Assembly (NCBI GenBank): GCA_035534415.1
Contig: DATLSB010000164.1
Location: forward strand, 445 to 64,444
DNA: 64,000 bases
Origin: Candidatus Dormiibacterota bacterium
GTDB lineage: Bacteria; Acidobacteriota; Terriglobia; Acidiferrales; UBA7541
Reading direction: 5' to 3'
The translations under genes were made by a program, and so were the position numbers. Shown piece by piece: positions 35,462-44,803 of this stretch (position 1 is its first letter; the number at the start of each line of letters is the position of its first letter). Below the pieces are notes generated by a model, which was not told the DNA's origin, did not search any database, and saw nothing but the letters and a program-made list of their open reading frames with translations.

Positions 35462-36551
35462 GTGAGGTTTCTCCTTTGAGGGAACCGATGCCCAGCGAGC
35501 CATCGTTCCGTGACGCGCTGGAAGAAGGTGTTTCGCCCGAAACCGGGGCTGACGCCGCGGACGTTGGTTCCGCGCTGCCGTCCGCCGTGGCGTTGTCCAG
35601 AAATGTTGCGGACGGAACGAAGAACAGGTTTCCCGTAACGGCGCGGCTGAAATCCAGCAGGCGGTCGTAATTGCCGGGCGGACGGCCGACGAACATATTC
35701 TCAATCATTTGCTCAGTCGTACGCGGGGAACGGCTGTAGCCGATAAAATAAGTTCCAAATTCAGAGTGCGAAGGCCGGCCGAAAGGCATGTTGTCGCGCA
35801 GGATTTTGATTTCTTTTCCGCCCTCGGTGATGGTGGTGAGGGCGTTGTGCGCCGAGGTTGGTTTCACCGAGTCATCCAATTCGATATCGGCGAGCTTGGT
35901 GCGGCCTATGATTCGTTCCTGTGTTTCGGTGGGAAGCGCATTCCATCCATCGAGGTCGTGGAGATATTTCTGCACGATCACGTAGCTGCCGCCCGCGAAG
36001 GCGGCGTCCTCTTCTCCGATGAGTACAGCATCGATCACCGCCTGTCCCGCGGGATTTTCAGTGCCGTCGACGAAACCGATGAGGTCGCGGTCGTCGAAGA
36101 AACGAAAGCCTTGGACTTCATCTACCGGCGTGACGGCGGGCCCTATGCGCGACATGATTTGCGTCTCGAGTTCGAAACATAAATCCATGCGCTTGGCGCG
36201 GATGTGAAAGAGCATGTCGCCCGGCGTGGAGACCGCATGGCGCGCTCCGGCACGAATTTCGCAGAAGGGATGAAGCTCCGCGGGCCGCGGCGCCCCAAAG
36301 AGCCGATCCCACGCTTCGGAACCAAATCCCATGACGCAGGAAAGGTTCGCTTCCAAGTCGCGAAAGCCTACCGCGCGAAGGAGCGCGGAAAGATCCGCGC
36401 AGAACGACCGAATAACGGCACGGGTTTCGCTGCCGGGATTCAAGGTGACGACCAGGAAGATCGCAGCGCGGGAGAGCGGTGCAGCGACCGGCTGCGAGTG
36501 GTTTCGCGAGAGAGCGGCAGCATCAGACGTGCTATTCGGATCGTACGCCAT
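35454..36551 (-). CDS. DyP-type (dye-decolorizing) peroxidase with C-terminal encapsulin targeting peptide
   Basis: DyP fold motifs (...FVDGTENP..., ...RDNMPFG...GTYFIGYSRS...). A Ser/Ala/Pro linker is followed by SLGIGSLKG near the C-terminus. Confidence 0.95.
   Translation of the reverse strand: MAYDPNSTSDAAALSRNHSQPVAAPLSRAAIFLVVTLNPGSETRAVIRSFCADLSALLRAVGFRDLEANLSCVMGFGSEAWDRLFGAPRPAELHPFCEIRAGARHAVSTPGDMLFHIRAKRMDLCFELETQIMSRIGPAVTPVDEVQGFRFFDDRDLIGFVDGTENPAGQAVIDAVLIGEEDAAFAGGSYVIVQKYLHDLDGWNALPTETQERIIGRTKLADIELDDSVKPTSAHNALTTITEGGKEIKILRDNMPFGRPSHSEFGTYFIGYSRSPRTTEQMIENMFVGRPPGNYDRLLDFSRAVTGNLFFVPSATFLDNATADGSAEPTSAASAPVSGETPSSSASRNDGSLGIGSLKGETSHE
35472..35498 (-). other. encapsulin cargo-loading peptide SLGIGSLKG at the DyP C-terminus
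   Basis: Matches the SxGIGSLKG-type targeting consensus known for DyP and ferritin-like cargos. Confidence 0.85.
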
Positions 36552-36977
36552 CGCATGTCATCCTGGCAGGGTGCGCGGAATTTCGCGATTCGAACTTTCG
36601 CCCTCGACTCACTGGCAAAGAGCCGGACCGAAAGCTTACCGAAATTGCGTGTAGAGTCGCAAGCGTCGCGAGAGCCGGCGACGGCAGTTTCAGCGGAGCG
36701 ACGCGCCATGCTCCCATGGAACGATCGAAGGTATCGGCGAAGCGATGAGTTGGCTCACGTTACGATTCGCCTGAGGTTCGGCATGGTCGATGGCGTAATC
36801 ACAAAACGACGCACAGGACGGATAGACCTCAAAAGGGCGACAAGTCCGCGGTCATCAAGTCGACGGAGGGTATGCTGGAAAAGGACTAGCAGTTTGACCG
36901 CGGAGATTCCTACGCAGCGTCGGGCCCAGCGAAAGTGCCGCTTCGGATTTGCACAAGTGTCTGGGGAACGCCAAGCT

Positions 36978-38222
36978 TCAGCGGGTAATTTCCAATTCTG
37001 TCTCGCTGTTCTGTTGCGAGCCTTCCGCGGGCACGCCGCTCTCGGCACAAGCGTTGGCGGGAGATTCCGTTCCGCTGGACGCTTCGATCAAGTCGGCCAA
37101 TTGTAAGCGTAGGTTTCCGGCGTTGGTTGCATACGTGAGCCCGGTGTCGAGGTCAATCGCTCCGGCGCGAATTTGCTTTTCGATTTCGTCATCAAAGCAT
37201 TGCATGCCATCCATCGAACCGTCGCGCATGGCATCGAGCAAAGACTTGCCCGCGGTTTTGCCTTTCTGAACGTACTCGCGAGCGCGCAGCGTGGACTTCA
37301 ATATTTCGAATACTGCAACGCGGCCCGTGCCGCCGCAGCGGGGCAGCAGGCGTTGCGAGATGATGTAACGGAACGATCTCGAAAAGCGCATGCGAATGGT
37401 GGCCTGCTCAGCAATCGGAAAAATACCCACGATGCGCTCGATGGTTTTCGAGGCATCTATGGTGTGCAGCGTCGAGAACACCAAATGGCCGGTTTCGGAA
37501 GCTTCGAGCGCCACTTCCATGGTCTCGCGATCGCGAATTTCATCGACCAGAATGAGCTTGGGAGCCTGACGCAACGCCGCCCTCAGCGCAGTCGCAAAGT
37601 TTGGAGTGTCGGTATGCAGTTCCCGCTGGTGGACGGTGGCTTTTTGGTGGGCGTGAAGAAATTCTATGGGGTCCTCGATAGTAACAATATGGCAGGCAAT
37701 TTCCTTGTTGATCTTGTCCACGAACGCGGCCAGCGTTGACGATTTCCCGCTGCCCGTTGGACCGGTGACCAGCACGATGCCAGGCCGCAATCCGGCCGCT
37801 TCCGCAAGCTGCTTGGGCAGGTGCAACGATTCAAAATCCGGCACGGTGCTGGCCACCACGCGCATGACGATCGCGCAGCTGCCGCGCTGCGTAAAAACAT
37901 TCACGCGAAAGCGCGACACCCTGGGCAAGCTGTAGGAGATGTCGCACGATCCATCGTGCTTCAGCTTTTCGACGGCATAGCTGTTGCGCCCGATCAAATC
38001 CGCGGCGATTCGCGCCGTGTCTTCCGAGCCCAAAATGCCGACGCCTGGAATCTGCAGTTGCACCAGCTTGCCGTGCACTTCGGCCTGCGGCAAACGTCCG
38101 GGAGAGAAAATCACATCGCTGGTCCGTGGAGCCGCCTGAAGGATCGCGGCGATGATACTGGCCGTTGGGACAGCGGGCTTCGCTTCAATGGCAGCTGGAA
38201 TATTCGGTCTTGTAGTGTCCAT
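36978..38222 (-). CDS. pilT: type IV pilus retraction ATPase PilT-family protein
   Basis: VTGPTGSGKSSTLAAFV (Walker A), IVTIEDPIEFLH, LILVDEIRD (Walker B), GHLVFSTLHT. It carries about 40 extra C-terminal residues compared with typical PilT. Confidence 0.9.
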   Translation of the reverse strand: MDTTRPNIPAAIEAKPAVPTASIIAAILQAAPRTSDVIFSPGRLPQAEVHGKLVQLQIPGVGILGSEDTARIAADLIGRNSYAVEKLKHDGSCDISYSLPRVSRFRVNVFTQRGSCAIVMRVVASTVPDFESLHLPKQLAEAAGLRPGIVLVTGPTGSGKSSTLAAFVDKINKEIACHIVTIEDPIEFLHAHQKATVHQRELHTDTPNFATALRAALRQAPKLILVDEIRDRETMEVALEASETGHLVFSTLHTIDASKTIERIVGIFPIAEQATIRMRFSRSFRYIISQRLLPRCGGTGRVAVFEILKSTLRAREYVQKGKTAGKSLLDAMRDGSMDGMQCFDDEIEKQIRAGAIDLDTGLTYATNAGNLRLQLADLIEASSGTESPANACAESGVPAEGSQQNSETELEITR

Positions 38223-38278
38223 AGTTGTCCGTGGCGCTGCGCAGCCAAAAGTGGCCGCACTGCGCGCGTGATAAGAAT

Positions 38279-38644
38279 TCAGGATGCCCGGTGTTCAGCG
38301 TCGATCCATCGCGCCAAGATCTGTTCGTGGTTGGTACCAAGAAATGCAAACCCCATACAACCGTCATTCTGCACGCCCGTCACTCTGGCCCATATTTCAG
38401 CGGTCTCCTCTTGCCAGTGGAATTCGAGTTTGACAACTGCACCCGGGTCAAATTGCGCCGGGCCGTTCACGCAACAGCCTTTGATGCTGACCTCGTTTGT
38501 TTGCGCATCAACGCGAGTGCGTTGAATGGGATCGAGTATCCGCACCTGCCATCGAAGCAAGTAACGGGAACATGTGCGCCTCTGCGGAAAACGTTGTCCG
38601 GCGTCCAATCCCGCCGCGAACGGATCTACTAGACGAGTGCTCAT
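38279..38644 (-). CDS. PilZ-domain protein
   Basis: QRRTCSR (RxxxR) and EVSIKG ([D/N/E]xSxxG), correctly spaced for a PilZ domain. Confidence 0.7.
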   Translation of the reverse strand: MSTRLVDPFAAGLDAGQRFPQRRTCSRYLLRWQVRILDPIQRTRVDAQTNEVSIKGCCVNGPAQFDPGAVVKLEFHWQEETAEIWARVTGVQNDGCMGFAFLGTNHEQILARWIDAEHRAS

Positions 38645-38802
38645 GCGCAAATGATAGGGTTTTTGGCCGCACTGCGATTGAATTCTCGAAAAATGCTCGG
38701 AATCGGAAGCAGAAAATTCGCACTGGAAGCAACCGAATGGCCGACTGTGCTGAAAAGTTTTTGCGAGTTTCCAATCGCACAGCGCCGTCGGGCGCGGAAG
38801 CG

Positions 38803-39606
38803 TTACTTTGCGGAGGATTTTGCAGCGGAGACCGTGAAAAGGCAGGAATACGTCAGCGTCTCCGGATTACGCAGATAGGCGAGGAATCGTTCCGAGTAAA
38901 TTCGCGCCGACTCCTCGCTGCCGAGCACGGCCACAATCTGAGGCCGCGCGATGTCCAGCTTCGTTTTCCACTGGGAGAACTGTTTGTCGTCGATTCTGCC
39001 GGCGTAGAGATGATAGGGATCCACTTGGACCGTCACATCCGAGAGGGCCGCCTTCACGCACAGACTGAACAGCTTTCGTCCGACAAACGGATCGAAGCCG
39101 GTTGATCCCAGATAATTCACCACACGTTCGGTGGTTTCGCGCAGCTCCGTATCTTCGGGATAGTGCCAGAGGAGTTGGCCATCGAGGTCCTGCAGCAAAA
39201 GTTTGCCGCCTTCGCTGCAGACGCGAGCCATTTCTCGCACCGCCAGCTGCTTATCAGGAAGGTATTCCAGCAGAAAGCGGCAGAACACCAGATCGAAGCG
39301 ATTCGCTTCGAAGGGAATGTCCATGGCGTCGCCGACATACGCATGTGCGTTCGGAAGCCCGCGAAAGCGCTGCTTGGCCTGCTCCACTCGGTCGATGCTT
39401 TTGTCCAGGCCAACAATTTCGATATCCGGATGGCTCTCCGCCAGTTCGCGAAGAAACACGCCGGGCCCGCACCCCACGGACAGGAAGCTTTTGACGCGAG
39501 GCAAATAGGGATCGAGAAACTTCGCGATCCACGCGCCCGCGTCCGCTTTATCAAGGAGCCGCTGGCCCTCGGCGGGATGTTCCATGATGTAGGAGTGTGT
39601 GCTCAT
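38803..39606 (-). CDS. class I SAM-dependent methyltransferase
   Basis: SVGCGPGVFLRELA (motif I), IVGLDKS, FDLVFCRFLLEYL. Confidence 0.85.
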   Translation of the reverse strand: MSTHSYIMEHPAEGQRLLDKADAGAWIAKFLDPYLPRVKSFLSVGCGPGVFLRELAESHPDIEIVGLDKSIDRVEQAKQRFRGLPNAHAYVGDAMDIPFEANRFDLVFCRFLLEYLPDKQLAVREMARVCSEGGKLLLQDLDGQLLWHYPEDTELRETTERVVNYLGSTGFDPFVGRKLFSLCVKAALSDVTVQVDPYHLYAGRIDDKQFSQWKTKLDIARPQIVAVLGSEESARIYSERFLAYLRNPETLTYSCLFTVSAAKSSAK

Positions 39607-39644
39607 ACCTTAATTTGGCGAAGACGCCGCCCTTCCCAAGATCT

Positions 39645-41735
39645 TTACCAAGCAACGTGCGCGGCCAAGAGCGCTTCCGCGTCTCGCCGCGACACTGGTT
39701 TCGAAAAATAGAATCCTTGCGCGTACCGGCACTTTAATTTTTTCAGCTCGTCCGCCTGTTCGACTGTTTCCACTCCTTCAGCGACCACATCCAGGCAAAG
39801 ATTCTTAGCCAACGGGAGAATGGTGCGAGCGATCTCCATCCCGTTCACACCAGCCGATGTGCCGCTGATAAACGAGCGATCGATTTTCAGCGTGTCCAGG
39901 GGAAACCGGTGCAAATAGCTCAGCGAAGAGTATCCCGTGCCGAAGTCGTCGATGGCCAAGCTAATTCCAAGCGCTTTCATCTGTTGCAACATCTCGACGG
40001 TAGCCGCGGGATCTTCCATCACCGTGCTTTCAGTTATCTCGAGCTTCAAAAATGCGGGCGAGAGATTCAGTTCCTTGAGCAGCGATGCGATGTTCTCGAC
40101 TAAATTCGGCTGCATGAACTGCTTGACGGAAAGGTTCACGCTGATCGTCAACGAGCGATCCGGCCCCAGGTTGCGGTTCCATTCGCTGATATCCTTGCAC
40201 GCCTGGCGCAGATTCCACCAGCCGAGCTCGCGGATCAAGCCTGTCTCCTCGGCGACGGGAATGAACTCCTTGGGAGCCAGCAATCCGCGCGTGGGATGCT
40301 GCCAGCGCAGCAAAGCTTCGAAGCCGGTGATCTCGCCGGAATCGAGGTCCACAATCGCCTGGTAGTAGTTCTGAAACTCCTCGCGATCGATGGCGCGGCG
40401 CAAGTCCGTCTCCAGCTGCAAGCGGGCCATCACGGTGGCGCGCATGTCCGCGTTGAAAATTTCGTACCGCGCTTTTCCAAGAGATTTCGCGCGATACATG
40501 GCCGTGTCCGCGTCGCGCAGTATCTCTTCCGGATGGCGATAGCTGGAATTGCCCTGCGCGATGCCGATGCTGGCCGAAGTGAACAATTCCTTGCCGCCCA
40601 GCATAAAAGGTTCGGAGAGTCCCTTCATGATTCTCTCGGCGGCGCGCTCCGCGTCGCTGGGATCTCGCAGATCGTCGAGGAGCACGGTGAATTCATCGCC
40701 GCCCATGCGCGCCAGCGTAAAGGTCTCATGCCCTAATCGAGCCACCGTGTCCGTCGCACGGAGGCAGCCTTCCAATCGTTTGGAAACACCCATCAGCAGC
40801 TGATCTCCGATCAAATGGCCCATCGAATCGTTGATCATCTTGAAGGCATCGAGATCCAAAAACAGGACTGCAAAGGAGCGTTCGGTGTGCCGCTTGGCGT
40901 GCTTCATCAAGCGATCCAGGCGATCCATAAAGAGCAAGCGGTTGGGCAATCCAGTCAGCGGATCGGAAACCTTGCCTTCGGTAATATCCGTCTGCGAGCC
41001 AGCCATACGCACAGGTTTACCTGAAGCATCGCGTGTGGCCACACCTCGGCTGAGCATCCAGCGGAAGATTCCGTCCCGATGCCTCATGCGGTGGACGGCT
41101 TCGAAATGGGGCACGCGCCCTTCCTGATGTGCGACGATCTCTTGCTTCATGCGGTCGCGATCCGCGTCATGAATGCGATCGAACCATTCGTCTGGACTAT
41201 CGCCGATCTCGTCATCTTGAAAGCCGAGCATCGCTTTCCAGCGCGGCGAAAAATAGATCACGTTGGTCGCAAGATTCCAGTCCCACAGTCCGTCGTTGGC
41301 GCCGCGCGCCGCCAGCGCGTAACGCTCTTCGCTCTCTTTGAGTCCTTCTTGGGCGCGCTTGTGCGAAAGCTGCGTTCCGATACGCGCCAAAGCTACTGCA
41401 AAGTCCACCGGCTTGGTCAGATAGTCGTTGGCGCCCATGCTCAAAGCGGTGACCACGTCTTCGCTTTGGCTTCTGGCGGTGACCATGATGACCGGCAGTT
41501 CGATGGGCGAATGGTGTTTTCGAATCTCCTGCAACGCTTCGAGGCCGCTTACTTCGGGCATTTCGATATCCAGCAGCACTAGATCGTATTTCTCTTCTTT
41601 GATCCGCTTCATCAACTCCTGTGCGCTCGCAGCAACTTCCACTTGGTACCCTTTGCGCTCGAGACGACGCGCCAGCATGTCGCGATTCAGCTCGTTGTCG
41701 TCGACAATCAGTAGACAGTTTTGGCGCGAATTCAT
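39645..41735 (-). CDS. response regulator REC-PAS-GGDEF-EAL (c-di-GMP cyclase/phosphodiesterase; FimX-like architecture)
   Basis: REC domain (LIVDDNELNRD...DLVLLDIEMPE). PAS domain. Intact RMGGDEF with no RxxD I-site 5 aa upstream. Intact FEALLRW EAL motif and DDFGTGYSS. Confidence 0.95.
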   Translation of the reverse strand: MNSRQNCLLIVDDNELNRDMLARRLERKGYQVEVAASAQELMKRIKEEKYDLVLLDIEMPEVSGLEALQEIRKHHSPIELPVIMVTARSQSEDVVTALSMGANDYLTKPVDFAVALARIGTQLSHKRAQEGLKESEERYALAARGANDGLWDWNLATNVIYFSPRWKAMLGFQDDEIGDSPDEWFDRIHDADRDRMKQEIVAHQEGRVPHFEAVHRMRHRDGIFRWMLSRGVATRDASGKPVRMAGSQTDITEGKVSDPLTGLPNRLLFMDRLDRLMKHAKRHTERSFAVLFLDLDAFKMINDSMGHLIGDQLLMGVSKRLEGCLRATDTVARLGHETFTLARMGGDEFTVLLDDLRDPSDAERAAERIMKGLSEPFMLGGKELFTSASIGIAQGNSSYRHPEEILRDADTAMYRAKSLGKARYEIFNADMRATVMARLQLETDLRRAIDREEFQNYYQAIVDLDSGEITGFEALLRWQHPTRGLLAPKEFIPVAEETGLIRELGWWNLRQACKDISEWNRNLGPDRSLTISVNLSVKQFMQPNLVENIASLLKELNLSPAFLKLEITESTVMEDPAATVEMLQQMKALGISLAIDDFGTGYSSLSYLHRFPLDTLKIDRSFISGTSAGVNGMEIARTILPLAKNLCLDVVAEGVETVEQADELKKLKCRYAQGFYFSKPVSRRDAEALLAAHVAW

Positions 41736-42112
41736 GAGGTTTTTTTCTCCGTAAGGGCGCTGCTGATTTTCTCCTGCAGGCGGACGAAATCGATGGGCTT
41801 CGTGTCGTAGTCGTCGCAGCCGGCTTCAATGGCTTTGGTGCGGTCGGTGGCAAGAGCGTGAGCGGTGAGGGCGATGATCGGAATGTTGCGCGTGGCCGGA
41901 TCGGATTTGAGCAGCCGCGTAACTTCCCATCCGTTCATTACGGGGAGGCTCATGTCCATCAGAATAAGGTCCGGAAATTCGGAGTGAGCGAGATCGTGGC
42001 CCTGAGCTCCATCGTGAGCGGCGATTACGCGGTAGCCCTTTCGTTCGAGCCGCCGGGTCAGCATGTCCCGATTCATTTCGTTGTCTTCAACGAGCAAGAT
42101 TGTGACGGGCAC
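41732..42112 (-). CDS. single-domain CheY-like response regulator
   Basis: ILLVEDNEMNRDML...DLILMDMSLPVMNGWE...ALTAHA. GTG start. ATGA overlap downstream. Confidence 0.95.
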   Translation of the reverse strand: MPVTILLVEDNEMNRDMLTRRLERKGYRVIAAHDGAQGHDLAHSEFPDLILMDMSLPVMNGWEVTRLLKSDPATRNIPIIALTAHALATDRTKAIEAGCDDYDTKPIDFVRLQEKISSALTEKKTS

Positions 42113-42114
42113 GA

Positions 42115-44175
42115 CTAGTTGCTCCTGTTCGATTGCGGATCTTTGCGTTTCGCTGTTTTCGATTTCGTGTCTGAAGTCCGCTCGACGCCAACGCCGACCG
42201 CTTCAGGATTGGCGGCCATGTGAGCGCCGCTATACCGTTCGATCAATTCCGCTAGTCGCTCGCGGTCGACGGGCTTCACAAGATAGCTGGAAGCTCCCAG
42301 GTTAACGCCGGTGACCTCGTTATCAACGATGGTAACCATGATCACGGGAATGGCCGCTAGCTCCGGATCCGATTTCAGGCGCTTGAGCACCGTCCAGCCG
42401 TCTACGCCGGGCATCACGACGTCCAAAGTGATGACCACAGGCCGAATTTTCCTGGCGAGTTTGATCCCTTCCTCACCGTTAGAAGCAGCGGTCACCTGAA
42501 AGCCCATTTTGGTGACAAAGCGGGTCATCAGATCGCGCACGGCGGGATCGTCATCGATCACCAGAATCGTTTCGGCCCTCGATTTGGACTTCAATGCAGC
42601 GGCTGGTTGCTCAGTGTCTGCTTTCGGGCTGGCAGTACTCGATGGCTCGCTGGTGACCTCGGCAGGCAAATACACCGTAAACACGGAACCTTTGCCTGGC
42701 TCGCTTTCAACGCTCATGTTCCCGCCCATCATCTGAGCGAAACGGTGACTAATCGCGAGGCCGAGGCCGGTACCGCCATACTTCCGGGCGATCGAGACGT
42801 CCGCCTGCGCGAACTCCTTGAATAAGTTTTGTTGCTGCTCCGCGGTGATTCCGATACCGGTATCTCGTACTCGAAGGCGAATCCATGCTAGACCATCCGC
42901 TTGCGTTCGTTCGGCTTCCAAAGAAATCGTTCCGTGGTCGGTAAATTTGGCTGCGTTGCTGAGCAAGTTGGCCAGAATCTGGCGCACCTTGGTTACGTCC
43001 GAACGCATACTGCCAAGGTGTTCGGAAAGGTTCAGCTGGAAAGCGTTCGAGTTCTTGGCCACGGCAGGCTGCAGAGTGGAGGCGAGATCCTGAATCATGG
43101 TTCCCAGATCGAAGGTTTCCACGTGCAGAGCCATCTTTCCGGCTTCGATCTTGGAGAGGTCCAGAACGTCGTTAATTAGGGCCAGCAAGTGCTTGCCGGC
43201 CGATTCAATTTTTTGCACGTCCTTGACGTTTTGAATTTCCCCGGAGTCTTCAATTTCCTCCTGGATCATTTCGCTATAGCCGATGATGGCATTCAGAGGC
43301 GTGCGCAATTCGTGGCTCATATTGGCCAAAAACGCGCTTTTCGCGCGGCTAGCGTCTTCGGCCGCACGCTTGGCGGAAAGCAACTCTTCCTGCGTTTTCT
43401 TGCGGTGGATGATTTCGCCTTCCAATTCCTGCGTTCGTGTCTGCAGCTCGTCGTTGGCGCTTTGCAATGCTGAATCGCGTTGCTGAATTTCGGCCAACAT
43501 GGTGTTGAAGCCGTCGATTAGCCTGCCGATTTCGTCATCGTAAAATTTCAGCGCTCGGACTTCATAGTTCTTCTTGGCGGAAACGATGCGCATGGTGTCT
43601 TCCAAGCGCAAGATCGGCTGCGAAATCAGCGCCTGCAATTTGGAGGCGATCAGCAGCGCGAGAAAAGACGATCCCAGCATGAAGAGCAGCAGAAACCCCG
43701 CGTAGCGTTTGGCTCGCGAACTCCACTGGCTCATATCCGATTGCAGAAATAGGGTCCCGACGGAATCGCCGTTGAACGATACGTCGTGAAACACCTCCAG
43801 ATAGCTCCCTCGAAAGCGGGAACCGTTGCTCTGGATCACATCCGAAGGAAGATCCGGGTGCGCCACATCCGCGCGCACGTACTTGGCGAATATTTTTCCG
43901 TTGGGACTGTACAGCACCGCGGCCACGATGTCTTCTTTGGCTTTGAGCGCCGATAACGTGGCGGTCGCCGCGGACGCGTCTTTGAAGCCCATGGCGACGG
44001 CGCTGTTGTAACCGATGATTTCCGCTTGCGTCGCCAGATCCTCGCTCAGCACGTGGCGAAACGAGAGAAGGTCGTACATCAGGAAACTGGCGGACAGGAG
44101 AACCAACGCGACGCTGCTAGTCAGCATCGTGATGATCATCAATTTAGCTTTGATGGAGAGGTTTTTCAGGTTCAC
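42115..44175 (-). CDS. hybrid sensor histidine kinase (periplasmic CHASE8-like sensor, HAMP, HisKA, HATPase, REC)
   Basis: Two TM segments flank a ~150-aa periplasmic domain. H-box is [17 protein letters not shown]-boxes are GTGLGL. C-terminal REC domain is [12 protein letters not shown]...[15 protein letters not shown] overlap with the upstream gene. Confidence 0.95.
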   Translation of the reverse strand: MNLKNLSIKAKLMIITMLTSSVALVLLSASFLMYDLLSFRHVLSEDLATQAEIIGYNSAVAMGFKDASAATATLSALKAKEDIVAAVLYSPNGKIFAKYVRADVAHPDLPSDVIQSNGSRFRGSYLEVFHDVSFNGDSVGTLFLQSDMSQWSSRAKRYAGFLLLFMLGSSFLALLIASKLQALISQPILRLEDTMRIVSAKKNYEVRALKFYDDEIGRLIDGFNTMLAEIQQRDSALQSANDELQTRTQELEGEIIHRKKTQEELLSAKRAAEDASRAKSAFLANMSHELRTPLNAIIGYSEMIQEEIEDSGEIQNVKDVQKIESAGKHLLALINDVLDLSKIEAGKMALHVETFDLGTMIQDLASTLQPAVAKNSNAFQLNLSEHLGSMRSDVTKVRQILANLLSNAAKFTDHGTISLEAERTQADGLAWIRLRVRDTGIGITAEQQQNLFKEFAQADVSIARKYGGTGLGLAISHRFAQMMGGNMSVESEPGKGSVFTVYLPAEVTSEPSSTASPKADTEQPAAALKSKSRAETILVIDDDPAVRDLMTRFVTKMGFQVTAASNGEEGIKLARKIRPVVITLDVVMPGVDGWTVLKRLKSDPELAAIPVIMVTIVDNEVTGVNLGASSYLVKPVDRERLAELIERYSGAHMAANPEAVGVGVERTSDTKSKTAKRKDPQSNRSN

Positions 44176-44768
44176 TGCGCCCTCCGGCCATCAGACGCAG
44201 TGTCGGGCACAATTTTGGCCAGAGCCAAAAGCCGTGAACTGATGTTGATGCGCGCTTGCTTCGCGGCATTCACGTCGATTTCAAACCGTACCTTGTCATC
44301 CTCCAGAACGAAGTTGATGATGCCGCCGCGCTCGGCGAACCCAGGCGTGTCTCCGATCGTCAGGATCGGGAGTCCATGAATCATCCGAAAAAGGTCGTCG
44401 AAGTGCGCCTTTTCCGAAGAACTCACAAAGATGATATTGCAACCCTTGAGGTCGTCTCCCCACTTCAGGTGTTTCACGACGAATTCCCTGCCATTCACTT
44501 GCTTCCCGCGAAGCACGTTATCGAGCGTGCCTTGAAACGGATCGGTGCCCAAAATAGCGATAACGATCGGAGAATTCGGTTCCGGAAAAACCGGCGCGGG
44601 CCACTCCATCAGCTTGGCGAAATTGTAGATGAATCCCGCCTTGATCAGATACTCGGACGAGGCCGAATCAGCGCCCTGTGCTGGGATCGACTGCGCGGCA
44701 AGCAAACAGATTAGGCACGCGGCGGCGATCGTAAACTTCCAGATTTTTCTCCGCCCCTTGGTCACCAT
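44172..44768 (-). CDS. YfiR-family periplasmic protein (DUF4154)
   Basis: Signal peptide, then [19 protein letters not shown] and ...[30 protein letters not shown], the typical DUF4154 sequence. Confidence 0.85.
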   Translation of the reverse strand: MVTKGRRKIWKFTIAAACLICLLAAQSIPAQGADSASSEYLIKAGFIYNFAKLMEWPAPVFPEPNSPIVIAILGTDPFQGTLDNVLRGKQVNGREFVVKHLKWGDDLKGCNIIFVSSSEKAHFDDLFRMIHGLPILTIGDTPGFAERGGIINFVLEDDKVRFEIDVNAAKQARINISSRLLALAKIVPDTASDGRRAQ

Positions 44769-44803
44769 CGACTCCCGGAATCCTTTTGGCGCTGAATGAA
44801 CCG

